From assembly GCF_009914755.1 (NCBI RefSeq), contig NC_060940.1: a stretch of DNA of 64,000 bases. One strand, given 5' to 3'. The DNA comes from the human T2T-CHM13v2.0 reference genome, Homo sapiens. The notes beneath the pieces were generated by a model, which worked only from the letters and a program-made list of their open reading frames with translations, was not told the DNA's origin and did no database searches. Positions 1 through 12,850 of the stretch are shown here, in pieces; position 1 is the first letter of the stretch; the number at the start of each line of letters is the position of its first letter. Made by a program: the position numbers and the translations under genes.

Positions 1-149
1 TGGTCCTGGGCACGTGCCTGCTTTCTCAGTGGCTGCAGGCTCAGTGTGCCCGCGAGCTGCCCACTGTGTGCATAGCCCCGTGCTGAGTCTGGGAGCTGCA
101 GCCCGAGGAGGAGGTGGTAACAGCGTAGCTGCTGCTTGCTGCGTGTCTG

Positions 150-362
150 CTGTGTGCCAGGCTCTGGGCCAAGCACTGTTCATAGTGCTGGATTCTCAGA
201 GCACTGTTATGAGGCCGCTGTTATTATTATGCCCATCTTACCCATAGGGAAACTGAGGCTTTAAAGAAGTCAACCATATTGCCCAAGGTCACTTAACTTG
301 GAAGTGGAATCTTGCTTCAGCAAGATTCAAATTCAGATCACTCAGTGTGATTTTAGAGCCAT
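150..362 (-). mobile_element. MIR SINE
   Basis: Core motif cccat…ggaaactgaggct…ttgcccaaggtcac. Confidence 0.8.
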
Positions 363-576
363 CTTAAATCAGTTTAGGCGAGTTTTTTTTTTTTTTTCAA
401 CTGTATGTCTCAGCCCCATTCATGGTTCATGACATCAATTTAGTGACCAAAATGAAATAGAGTAAAAATATGAGAAAACATTATATATAGTAAGAGTAAA
501 TATTGTTTTGTGTAATTTTTTGTTCTAGTTAAAAAAAATGTATACACACACTTTACACACACCTATACCCAAACCC

Positions 577-625
<49 letters not shown>
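577..625. repeat. (ATCT)12 tetranucleotide STR
   Basis: Direct count of perfect copies. Confidence 0.97.
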
Positions 626-704
626 CAGCAGAGGCATATTGTAAAATATAATTCTTACTATAGGTCATAATCAGAGTATTAGAAAAACGCTGGTGTGGGT
701 CACT

Positions 705-802
705 GGTGCAGGCCCTGAGCCTGAATGCCTGGTTTTGAGCCCTGGCTCTACTTCTCACTAGCAGTGTGACCTAGGGCAACTTTCCTGACCTCTCTGTGCT
801 TT
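705..802 (+). mobile_element. MIR fragment
   Basis: cctggctctacttctcactagcagtgtgacctagggcaac…ctctctgtgc. Confidence 0.75.
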
Positions 803-1139
803 CTGAGCTGTTTGGTTTGTTGACTTTTGGGCCTGGGTCAGTGCTCCCAGGGATGCTGTGGGTGCTTGCTGCTGGCTCACTCCCTTTGCTTAGGGAATGA
901 AGAGGATGAGCAGTCCCATGGAGGGGGGGCCCATGGCTTCTCCCCTGAGAAGCCAACAGCAGCAGCTTCATCCCAGGAGAAACACAGACATGGCTCAGTC
1001 ATCAGGGGTTGGACACAATGCTGCGCTGGGAACCCTGAGCCTGGGGGTGCCTCCAGCTTAGCTATGAGGTATCTATTATGACCTCTCCTGCCTTCTGCTT
1101 CCTCCTCTCAAAAATGCATTAAAGGAAAGGAGAAGGCTT

Positions 1140-1615
1140 TGTTTCTACTGCTGTAAAAAAAAAAAAAAAAGTCCAAAGATTAGTGACTTGATCACTTTGT
1201 GACTTGCTTAAGAGTATGCACTTTGGACCAAGCCTGGGAGGGTCAACTTGTCTGTGGCTCCATGTAGCACAGTTAGGGTGGCTCTAACAGCAAGGGTCTG
1301 ACTGCAGCAGCTCCAAATAAGTGACATGTCTGGGGCTTCAGTTCTCTTCTAGTTGGCCTCACCTCATGAGTAGCTTGGGCTTCCTCACAGTATGGCAGTC
1401 TCAGGGTAATCAGATTTACATGGTGGCTGTCTTTCCCAAGAGTATAGAAGCAAAAACGGCCAGGACTCTTTAAGGTTTAGGCCTGGAATTAGCAACAACA
1501 CATTCTCTTCATTAAAGCAAGTCACAGGTCCAGCCTAGATTTAGGGGAAGGAACTACACAGGGGCATAAATACTGGGAAGTGGGATTCACTGGGGGCCAT
1601 CCACACAGTCTACCG
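1140..1615 (-). mobile_element. MaLR LTR (MLT1 family)
   Basis: Typical segments gggcttcctcacagtatggc and aaagcaagtcacaggtccagcctagatttagggg. Confidence 0.65.
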
Positions 1616-1789
1616 GAGAGTAGGTGGTCTCTTGCAGAGAGAGTGGAGTTATAGAAAAGGACTGAGACGTGTCCCTTGGGTTTAGGATCCTGGCGGTCAC
1701 AGTTGGGTCTGGCAGGAACTGTCTTGGTGAAGTGACAGCAGAGGTGAGACTTGGGTGGCTCACGAAGGGACTAAGAAATATGTGCAGGG

Positions 1790-2240
1790 GAGCAGAAGCA
1801 CATACTTACAAGAACATTCATGGCTGCATTTGGAAGAATGAAAAGTTTTTGACAACTCAAACATCCATCACTAGGGTACAAGGTAACAGTGGTGTGGACT
1901 TCTCATTGAGCTCTCTGCAACTGGTCAAAGCCCAGCGAGTAAGGGCCTCTCTTGCTGACAGGAAAGAGACCCTGAGACGCTGCTGAATGAGCAAAGCAAC
2001 TGCAAAACATTCATAGGCCATGGTCCTGTTTCTTACAGTGTGAAAAAGTCTATTCAGGCCTGTGTCACTGTGTATCTGCAGGTGCATAGAGAAAGATCTG
2101 GAAGGGTACACTGTCAAGGACTATTTCCCTGAGGAATGGAGAATTTTGCTTTTCATTTTGTACATTTTTAGGTTGTTTGATTTTACAAAAAATGAGCATG
2201 TGCTACTTTTTGTATTTTTCAAAAAGGTGATGTATTTTAA
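1790..2240 (+). mobile_element. Old L1 (L1ME-like) 3' fragment
   Basis: acaagaacattcatggctgcatt… and a degraded 3' UTR-like end tttgattttacaaaaaatgagcatgtg. Confidence 0.5.
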
Positions 2241-2814
2241 AAGTGAATGACAGATGAGGAAACAGCATGTGTAGGCAACTGTATGGAGAAGCTTTATCAG
2301 AAGGAGTGGAGAGAGAAGACAGCAGCCAGAGGGTGTGGAGTTGGGGAGACTCGATGCGGCCGAGGACCACCTACATCTGAATCTCTTGGGTGCTATTCAA
2401 AATGTAGAGTCCTTGGGGTTTCCTGAGCCTGAGTCAGAACCTTTCTGTACTAGGCAACAGCTGGGCCGACTGGACCCTGAAGGAAAGGAGAGAGGAGGGT
2501 GCAGGAGTTGGAGAGGGATGAGGGGGGAGGAGGGCACTCCCCATTTGTAGTGTAGCGGGACCTAATGAGCGACCCTACAGAGAAGCCAGTGCAGGCCCTC
2601 ACTCATGACAAGCTCTCGCTCCATGGTTCTCTCTCCTCTTCCCACATCCCCATAACTGTGGCTGCTTAAACTTGCAAGCGGATTTAGAACTACCCTGGCA
2701 GTCACTGACACCTGCCTCTCTTGAAAGGGCTGCTAGGTCCCACCACCCCCCACCCCCCCGCCCCCCCCCGCCGTAGAATGGGTAGAAGAAGGGGCTGTGG
2801 AAGCGACCTCTAGA

Positions 2815-3011
2815 CTGTGCTGACCAGTAGAACTTTCTGATGATGGAAATGTTCTGTGTCTGCATTGTCCCCTCTGGGAACCTGTGGCTTAGAATGTGAC
2901 CACTGGGACTCAGAGACTGCCTAAATTTTAAGATATATTTTATTTGAATGAATTTAAATGTGAACTTAAATAGCCCCATGAGGCTAGTGGCTACCTCATT
3001 GGACAGCACAG
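2815..3011 (+). mobile_element. MER3 (hAT-Charlie) DNA transposon relic
   Basis: ctgtgctgaccagtagaactttctgatgatggaaatgttc… ending tagtggctacctcattggacagcacag, with terminal inverted ends. Confidence 0.8.
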
Positions 3012-3727
3012 CCCTGGACGCATGGAGAAGATCCTGTGTGTCAGGCTAAACTCCATCCTCAGTGGGCACAGCCCTGGACCCATGGAGAAGACCCTGTGTG
3101 TCAGGCTAAACTCCATCCTCAATGGGCACAGCCCTAGATGCATGGAGAAGACCCTGTGTGTCAGGCTAAACTCCATCCTCAGTGGGCACAGCCCTGGACC
3201 CATGGAGAAGACCCTGTGTGTCAGGCTAAACTCCATCCTCAGTGGGCGCAGCCCTGGACCCATGGAGAAGACCTTGTGTGTCAGGCTAAACTCCATCCTC
3301 AATGGGCACAGCCCTGGACCCATGGAGAAGACCCTGTGTGTCAGGCTAAACTCCATCCTCAGTGGGCACAGCCCTGGATGCATGGAGAAGACCCTGTGTG
3401 TCAGGCTAAACTCCATCCTCAGTGGGCAAGCCCTGGATGCATGGAGAAGACCCTGTGTGTCAGGCTAAACTCCATCCTCAGTGGGCACAGCCCTGGATGC
3501 ATGGAGAAGACCCTGTGTGTCAGGCTAAGCTCCATCCTCAGTGGGCACAGCCCTGGATGCATGGAGAAGACCCTGTGTGTCAGGCTAAACTCCATCCTCA
3601 GTGGGCACAGCCCTGGATTCATGGAGAAGACCCTGTGTGTCAGGCTAAACTCCATCCTCAGTGGGCACAGCCCTGGATGCATGGAGAAGACCCTGTGTGT
3701 CAGGCTAAACTCCATCCTCAGTGGGCA
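3006..3727. repeat. VNTR, 12 copies of a 60-bp unit (gcacagccctggaYScatggagaagaccctgtgtgtcaggctaaactccatcctcaRtgg); unit 8 is 59 bp
   Basis: The 60-nt register is visible line to line; a 1-nt deletion lies at ~3428. Confidence 0.97.
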
Positions 3728-4804
3728 GGGAGGCGTCAAAGGAGTGCAAAGGAGTGATTCACAGCAGGTGGTCATGGAAAGAAAGCTCTCCCCCACAGGA
3801 AGTACTGGTTAACCGTCTTTGGGGCCTGTCCAGAGCCCCCTTCCTTGTAACATAGCTGTGTTCAGGCTTGGTTAGCCCTGGCTGGCCGCAGCCATGGCCA
3901 TGGTGGGGAATGATCATGGTCTTCCTTCTAGATGGTTGGATCAGAGCACCTTCTTGTGATGTCACAAATCGGGGCCTTTCTAGCCTTCTTAACCTTGGAG
4001 GTTCTGCTCAGCAGCTGCTACTGGCGTCTCGTCCTCTTGGCTCTGGGTCTGGGGCACTGGAAGGTAAACTCCCTGCTGAGTTGGAGGCAGCAGCATTGAG
4101 TGGGTGGCTGTTTTCCAGCCAGGATTTACCCAGGGCTTTATGGCTTGCAAAGCCTTCCTCACAGGGCTTTGTCAGGCATTTAATATTCACAAAAATGTGG
4201 CCAGGATCAAAATTATTATTATGGGGAAACTGAGGCCAGACTGTAAAGTCCACAGGTCAGGTTCTTTGTGGCTCACTCTTGTATCCCTGGGCCTTTTGCA
4301 CTGATTGGCACATGGCAGATCCTCAAGAACATTTTCCAGGTGGATGAGGTTCAGAGGGGCCATGCAGCTTGGCCAGAGGGCACACAGCCAGAGAGGCAGG
4401 GATTCTGTTCTGTTCTGTCCAAGTCCCCACCTCTTTTATGGAGCCAGGCTGTTCTGTGTCTTTGAAGAGAGCCTCTGCCCTTCAGAAAGGGTCCTCACCT
4501 TTTTCCTTTCTGTAAATTAAGTCGTACGCATGGTTAAAAAAAAAAGAAAAGAAAATCCAAAATAGTACTGAAGGTATGCAGTACACAGGAAGCCTCCTCC
4601 CACCTCCACCTCCCAGCTTCCCCCTTTGGAGGTATCTGCTGTAGTGGGCTCCTCAAGATACTTCTAGCCATGCTCTGTTTGTGCATGCTTATCCCTGCAC
4701 AGACAGCAGAAGCTGTCTTGGCCAACAAGACCAGGAAGCATTGGTATTTGCAGGTTAATTGAAAAATTCATTTAAGGTGGAGAACCATAAAAAAGTGATA
4801 TAGA

Positions 4805-5414
<610 letters not shown>

Positions 5415-5914
5415 AAAAGTGATACAGACCTTAACTTAAGATTTTCTTTTAACTTAAGATTCATGTATACATCTGTCTCCGCACCTTGCTTTCTTAATAC
5501 ATAACTTTTTAAACTTATCTTGGAAATCATTTCATATCAGAATGTATAATCTTATTGTTCTTCATGGCTATCAAGCCTTCTGTTATAAGGATAGACCATC
5601 ATTGCATTGATTCCTTACTACTGGGCATTTAGATCATTTGTGGGCTTCTGCCTGTGGTCGACTTTAGAGCAACAGTGTGCATTTCTGCTTCCACCCCTTG
5701 CCCTGTGCCCCCGACACACACTGCACATCCTGATATGATCACCAGGTGTGGCTCTGCTATTTTTCTGGCAAAGCTGGAGTTTTTCCTTCTGGCTGGTGTT
5801 TACAAAATCGAGGAGGAAAGCAGCTTCAGGGGGAGCTTGTGGTTAAGTAGGTGTGAACTTTCTCTGTGGATCCGTTGGGACCTTTTGGATTTCAAGCCCT
5901 TGTCAACTGTTTCA

Positions 5915-6240
5915 TACAGTCAAGTTCTTGGCTTGTGTAACCAGGGAGTGGACTTCAGTTACAGCTGGATCCACCAGCCCAAACTATGTCCCAGGACAGC
6001 AATCTGTGTCTTCATCTCTGCTTTCTTTTAGATTGGCTTCATCCTTAGGCACACCCTTCCCAGGTAATGGCAACTTGGCTCCCAGCAGTCCAGACTCCCA
6101 GCTTCAGTTGTTAGAGAAGAAAGTTCCAGCAAAAACCCAGGCGGAGCTCCCATTGTTTTGACTTGGGTCACATCCCGGAACCCATCCCTGTGCCTCTGAC
6201 AGTCCTGGGTCACATGCCTGTCCTGGAGTGGAGGCTGGGA
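5915..6240 (-). mobile_element. MaLR LTR (MLT1J/K/L-like) fragment
   Basis: gacttcagttacagctggatcc…ttggcttcatcctt…ttgggtcacat motifs. Confidence 0.55.
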
Positions 6241-6799
6241 TCACCCCCGTCCCCGCATCCCTTGAACCTCCCTAATGAGAAACTGACTTGAGAGGAGAAG
6301 GCTGTAGAAAGCACACTGTATGGGTGGAGCCAACAGCTGTGGATGGCCTGGTCCCTGGAATCAGAATCACTGAACAAGGCTCTGGTCAGCAGCTGGCAAG
6401 GCTGGGTAAGGACAGGGCAGCTAGGTAGCTGACCATTGACCCACCCATTGCCATTGGATCTTGGAAGAGCCTAGGTGGTTTGCCACCTCCTCCATGCAGC
6501 CCACCTGGGTTACAGCCTTCCTTTCAAGCTTCTGACCTCTCTATGATGATCATAGGTTGATGATTTTTAACCCTCAAGGAGTGAGTAACAAGACACTTTT
6601 GGGAATCCACCAAATCTCTTGTGTCTCTCTCCTTAGATAAATGCTCTTACATCCGTCATTCCAATTTCAGGGCACCCATGGCCCCAGGTTAGGAACTCCT
6701 GTTTTAGTTTTTATGGCCCCCCCCCCCCTTTTTTTTAAGACTTAATTGCATTACTTCACTCCTTTTTCCCTATGTGATCTCCCAATTTGAGGGGTGCAT

Positions 6800-6985
6800 A
6801 GAGCTTAGGACCAGGCTTCAGACTTGGGTTTATACTGAACCGTGTTGACGCTGGGCCTTAGTTTTCTTACCTATAAAAAGAGGAACAGAATGCCCACCGT
6901 TTGGAGTTGTTTCAAAGATTAAATGATGAAGTAATGCATATGGCCACTGAAGTGTTAGCATGCAGTGAGCACCCAGCAGATGTAC
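6800..6985 (+). mobile_element. MIR
   Basis: cttagttttcttacctataaaa…aagattaaatga. Confidence 0.6.
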
Positions 6986-8089
6986 TCAGTAGCCCTTTAA
7001 GGCCTCTGGATCTGCTGCTGTGTTCTGAAAGATTCCCAGTAAACCGGTCTCCATTTCTTTGGGGCCGAAAATAGCACCTGGAAGGGGCGTGATTGCCGTT
7101 TGTCAGAAGAAGATGTTGAGAGGGGACATCACATTTGATTGCTCAGGAGTTCCCCTGAGATGATTGCTCCCCATTTATAGATGGGAAAACCCAGCCCTAG
7201 GGAGGTTTCAGGGGCTTCTCTAGGTGTCTTGGAGTTAGTTTGGTTTAGCTGTGAGTGCCTTTTACACTCTGATCTCGGGACACCCCTCACTTATTTTATA
7301 AGCTGTACCTCCTCCTTGGCCAAGGACAGGCCACAGGTGACAGCTCCCTTGTGTGTTATGGCCCTTTGGCAGAGTCCCCGATCTCAACTGAGTCCTTTCT
7401 GGCCCCAGATCCCAGCCATGGCTCCGCTACCTGCCTGGCTGGACACCAGGTCTGGGGTGGTGGGTATTGTTCTGGTAGAAATGTGAACTGGTGCTTTGCT
7501 TTGAGTATATTAAGACACAAAGTCCCTGTGGTTAACAGCAAATTAATCACAGTGTTAAGGAGGGCCTGTCTCGGGTAGACATGACTTCATGAGCTTGTCA
7601 TAAAACTGGCCTCTGCCATATTTCACTCCCCAAGATTTTTGACTTTCAGAAAAGGAACCGCAGATAGAGTTACCAAGTTTTACAGAAATATTTTTACTGG
7701 GCAGAAGATTGCTTTATGGCGAGAGCCAGTTATTTCAGGAGACAAGCAAAGAGCCCTTTATTCTCACGTTCTGTGGGAGGAAAATATGATGCCAGAAAGC
7801 CCGCTTCTTGGATGGGCCCTTTGAGGGGGTGGGCTGCATTTTTTTGGAGTTGGGAGTGGGTGACATGAATTGGCTTGCGAAGGCCTGGGGGGCCCCTGAG
7901 CACCCGCCTACCTTTTCTTAACCATCTCTGGGGATTTGGGGCTTATTTTGCAAGCACACGGAAGCCTAAGGGTGTTGAACAGGGAAGAGACGTGGTTAGC
8001 ACTGGGCTTGAAACCAGGACCGCATATCAGAGAGGGGAAGAAACTGAGAGTGGTAGGCCAGCCTATGGGGGGCCCCAGCTGGAGACACA

Positions 8090-8230
8090 GGAAGTCCAGG
8101 TTAGAGCTGGTGCTGCCATTTCCCAGCCATGTGATTCTGTCATTTCTTGTTGTAAACTGGGGATAACAGCAGGACCTGCCTCATGGGCTTTCAGGAGAAT
8201 TAAGTGAGAGCATCTGTGTCAAGCGCTTCC
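8090..8230 (+). mobile_element. MIR
   Basis: tgtaaactggggataacagcaggacctgcctcatgggc…aattaagtgag. Confidence 0.65.
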
Positions 8231-9254
8231 TCATTTATTCAGTCCATAATGTCTATGGTGATCGTTGGCAGCGAGAGAGGGGGGTCTTCCTTCATCCACA
8301 TTCCTGAATCTACTCATCCCACAGCTTCCTTTGCTTGTGCCTTTGAGTGCAGTGGGCCGGCGCACTGGGAGGTTTGAAATCTGGGCCTCCTTAGCAGGTT
8401 GGAGATTTATGGGCCTCATTCTTTGAGCTCCAGTCAGCACCTCTGTACATGGAAGGGACTGTTCTTTCTTGGAAATTAGGGGGAAACAGATTGGCTTGAA
8501 ATTCTGCCCCCCCAGAGGATGGGACTGACCTTTGTGTGTTAGGACTGGGTGCTTCTCTCCCCCAATGTGGAAGAAGGATGCATGCTAGAAGTTTTGTCTG
8601 TGTCTGGAGCAGCCGTGTGCCTGATAAGGAGATGGCTCCCTTGCTCCCGTCTTGCTTCTGACCATAATCCCTTTAAGTTGGGCAGTTGGAGAAGGTTGAT
8701 TTGTCTCCTTCTCTTCCCCACCTTCCCTTCATTATTTAGAATGTGAGGGAGAGTTTATCTGGTTCTCTGGGAGATCTATCATCTCAGCTTTGGAACAGCA
8801 TCCAGGTTTACAGAATGGAATCTGGTGCCCAGCGCCTTCTGATAAATATTTTGGGAAGTCAGATTCCGCTGACATTATAGTCTATGGGTTGGGCAGTGGA
8901 TGCTTTCCCATGTCTGGGTGATTGAACTTGGACTATCCTCATACCATGCGCTGTGCACCAGCTTCATGCTACAGCGTTTTAGCGCCCAGAATTCTGGCCC
9001 CTTTTCCTGCTTCCAAGGTTCTGCTTGTGCAGTTTCGCCCATGAGAAATGCACTTATTGCTTCTGTGTTCCCTGCAAATACATACACCCCTGCTTTATCC
9101 TTGGCTCTCTGCTTCCTTCTTCCCTTTCATGCTGCCTCCAAGTTCACTCACGCCCTCCCTGAAGCCCTCTCTGAAGCTGCCCTCCTTGTTCTTAAAAGCT
9201 TCCACATGGCTTTGCTAACATCTTTGTTCTGCCCTGGGTTGGCCAAGTCAAATA

Positions 9255-9410
9255 AGTAGACCCTGGGCAAAATCCATGGTCTGTCAAGCCTCAATTTCCT
9301 TACCAATAAAATGGGATGGTAATAATAGAACCCATATCCCAGGATGAGTATGAAGATTAAGAGAATGGGTGAGAAGCCCCAGAGCCTGGTGTGCAGTAGG
9401 GTTGGTAATT
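9255..9410 (+). mobile_element. MIR
   Basis: gaccctgggcaa…cctcaatttccttacc…aaaatggga. Confidence 0.65.
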
Positions 9411-9819
9411 ATTTCACTCCTCTCCTCCCACTTAGATTGTAGGCTGCTTGAGGGTAGAGGCCAGTTCTTACTCCTTGTTGTATCTTGTGAGCTTTTTAGC
9501 ATGGTGTCTTGTCTGTAGGAGGTCCAAGAACTTATTAAGTGGAACCCTCTGGTTAGGAGTGATGGGGTTCCTTGGATGGAGGAAGTCCCGCATAGGTGGA
9601 TTTTCAGGAGTTTTGGGGAAGATGCAGAACATTGCTTTAGCAGAGTGGTTGGAGCCGGGCGGGCACTGCCTACCATGGCAGCCTCTGTCGTGATGCAGCC
9701 ACTGAGCGTTTGAAATAGGGCGGGTCTGGATTGGGAGTGCTCAGGGGATTTCAAAATCTTAACGTAGAAAAGGAAAAGTATGTCAACTTTTTTTTATTAA
9801 TAATTTAAAAAAATCACAT

Positions 9820-9977
9820 GTAACGATAGTATTTTGAAATGTCGGTATTTTGGATATATTGGCTTAAATAACATTGTTAAAATTAATGTCACCTGTTTCT
9901 TTGTTTTTTAATGTGGCTACTAGAACATTTAAAATTACATGTGTGGCTTGTATTCTGTTCCTGTCACACAGCACTGG
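9820..9977. mobile_element. MER33 (hAT-Charlie) terminal fragment
   Basis: ttttggatatattgg…aatgtggctactagaacatttaaaattacatgtgtggct…cagcactg. Confidence 0.75.
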
Positions 9978-10179
9978 CCTTGACTCCATGGGGATGATGT
10001 TGACCCCAAGGAGGCAGAAATTGGTTCTTGGGGGGCAAAGGAGTCTTAGTCTTTTTAAGTATAAAACACAGATATACATCCAGTATATAAACAGATCCAC
10101 AGAATACCTGTGATATTAAAATGTTATGGTCTACACAGGCTCTGTATGAAGAGGGAAGATAATGGGAACTGAGATACAC

Positions 10180-10420
10180 TGTACTGGCCCCAGAGATAGC
10201 CAGGACCGATTCAGATGCTGGCCCTGCCACTTACTAGCTGTGTGACCTTTGGGCGAGTGCCTTAACCTCTCTGTGCCTCTGTTTCTTCATCTGTAAAATG
10301 GCAGTGAAAATGGTGCTTAGCTCGTGAAGCTGTCATGTAGATCAGATGAGAATGCCTGTGAAACACTTAGCTCCGTAGCTAGCCACAGAAAGCAGGTGAT
10401 ACGTAGGACAGTTATTATTC
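10180..10420 (+). mobile_element. MIR (near full length)
   Basis: ctgccacttactagctgtgtgacctttgggc…cttaacctctctgtgcctc…catctgtaaaatgg. Confidence 0.85.
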
Positions 10421-11254
10421 ACGTGCTATGTGACAAGCTTGGCCAGCCTTTGGAGGCAGAACGGGGTAGGACTTCCACTCCCAGGATCTATGGAGTGACC
10501 ATGTCTATTAGCCTTGGTTTTTCCATCTGGGAAATGTGTTGCCAGGAGTGCGGTAACATCTGTACAGCACCTTGTGCTGAGGGTGGAATGTGGCTGGCAG
10601 GTATTGGAGTGATGTAGCCCCCACCCCAGCCATAGCAGCCCTGTGCCAGGCACAGGGAGGCTTCTGCACTGAGGGCTGGCTGGTGGTATCCTTCACTGGG
10701 CTCATGGCGGACCCTCCTGGGTGTGCAACTGTCCCGCTGTCAGGGCCAGGCTGTGCTGGACATCTCCTCCCTGGGGCTGCCTTTGAAGGGAGAGCTGAGA
10801 GGAAAGTGGAGGGGAAGGAGGGGCTGCCCATGGCCTGCTCAACACAGACAGTTGGATTAAAGGTCCCTTTCAAGGCCTTGGAAATTGTCAGTGACATGGG
10901 CTCTGGCCTAGGGGGCTGCAGGTGGCAGCCCTCCTATAACAAACCCAAATTCTGTCTTTGGAGATCACTGTTTGAGAGACACAGAGGCCAGGGCTCTGCC
11001 TCCTGTGGGGAGATGTGATCCGGAGAGGGGAAGGTCAGCAATGCAGCCAGGATGAGGACGAGCAGCTGGCCGCACAGCCTGGTGGAACCAGGGTTTGTGC
11101 ACATGGAGGCTTTGGGGGTTGGTAGGGACCTTGGGAGTTTCAAGTGCTCCGAAGACCTGGGTGCCCTCCACTCACTGCCGCTCACACACCCAAACAGCCT
11201 GTCGGAAGCAGCCTTCCCCACCAACTCTTGAGACCCATCTGCGCTCCCAGCCTC

Positions 11255-12105
11255 CCAGTCCCAGTGACGGGCTCTCCATTCATCTGTTGCTCAGAGAGGC
11301 ATCCTGGGGGGTCATTCCTAACTCCTCCCCTTCCTTCCCTGCAGAGCTGCCAGATGGACACCTTTCGTCAATCTATGACTCTGTGAATCTCAGATTTGCC
11401 CACTGCTCACCATGGTCCCCATCCTCTTCTAAGCCATCATCCTGTTGCTCCTGGAGGACTCCAACAGCCTCTGAATTTCTTCTCCCTGCCTCAGCCAGGC
11501 TGACTTTGCAGAACCCAATGAGATCCACTCCCTCTCCTACTTGAATCTCTACTGCGGCTTCCCACAGTCCTTAGAGGAACATCTAAATTCCTTCCCATGG
11601 TCCATAAGGCTGAGCACAACCTGCCCCTTTCCTGCTTCTCATCCCCGGCCGCCCTTCCCCTCACTCCGTCCCAGCCGCCCTGCTCCCTTCTGGAACACAC
11701 CCATCACATGCCCAACTCGGGGCCTTTGCACGCTCTATTCCTGCAGCTGGAGATGCTTCCCAGTACTCTCCCTTGTTCTCCCCAGCTCACCCTCCAGGAT
11801 GGAGCTCTCACATGTGCCTTGGAGCAGCTTTCACTGTGGTTCCTTCTCCTAACATCCTGTTCCTTCTGCCTCCTTGGAATGCTCACCACCATTGGTCATT
11901 TGTGACTTATTCATGTGGCAGTTGAGTTACTGCTCACCTCCCACAGGAACAGCAAGGAGTTGTGGATATTGTTATTCACCTGTGGTGGCAGGGGGCAGGG
12001 TATTGTCACCCCTCTGGTGGCAGGGGGCAGGATATTGTCATTAACTCCTGGGGCTCCGCAGCCTTGCACAGGGCCTGACACATATAGGCATCTGTTAATC
12101 CTTGG
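11255..12105 (+). mobile_element. L2 LINE 3' region
   Basis: Pyrimidine-rich L2 motifs (aagccatcatc…, ggggcctttgcacgctctattcc…) ending gcctgacacatataggc. Confidence 0.65.
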
Positions 12106-12639
12106 AGAATGAAAGTGCTTTGCTGTGTGCTTTGGACAAGTTCTTTCAATCTCTGAGCTTCAGCTATCCTGTCTGTAAACTAGAGGGTGGGGGTAGTTGC
12201 TTCCATCTTGGATTTTTTTGGGGAATGAACCCCGTGTGTTACGTGGGCCTGGCTCGATGGCTGGGGGTAGTGGAGTTGTCTGCTCCGCCCTGTCTTTTGT
12301 GCTCTAACTCAGGGGAGGCGGCAGATTGGTGAGAAGGGGTTCAGGGGATCTGCTGTGGGACTCTGGGAATCAGAGAAATCCTCTCTGCACCAGTTTGCCC
12401 ATCTCTAAAAATGAGTGCTGACCACCCCTATGGTTCGTCTTCTTACCCAGCTTGGGTGCAGCACGGTGTCCGGGCTTGAGCTTGTCCCTGAGTCCGACAG
12501 AGACAGATCCAAAGCCAGTTTCTTTCAAGCCCAGGAGATGTGGAGGTTAGAAAGAGTGCTGACCAAAGTCAGTCTCTGGAGCCAACAGGATCATGAGGTC
12601 GGAAGGGGTGCTGACCTGCCCCGTGCAGAAGAGGGTGGG

Positions 12640-12850
12640 AGAGTGGGCTCTGGAATCAGATGAGTTTGAGTTCTGGGCCTGCTGCCTAGCAGTTGTGCAA
12701 ATGTAGGCAACTTTCCTAATGTTTCTGAGGCCTCAGTCTCCCCATCTGTAAAGCGAAACTAGTAGTTGAATCTTCCTCCTGGAGTTGGTGTGTGAATCAG
12801 TGAAACTGTGTGGCCTGGAGGTGCTCAGTAAGGCTGCTCTTATGACTAAT
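12640..12850 (+). mobile_element. MIR
   Basis: gggctctggaatcaga…cctcagtctcccatctgtaaa. Confidence 0.7.

Noticed and set aside
2991-3812. Several 110-224 aa ORFs with 20-aa periodicity; superficial resemblance to a CRISPR array
   Set aside because: They result from a 60-bp unit that lacks stops in several frames. Units are contiguous with no unique spacers, and a 1-nt deletion breaks the frame.
11980-12040. Short tandem duplications (31-bp here; 20-bp at ~35232; ~32-bp at ~51740)
   Set aside because: Two-copy slippage products with no further structure.
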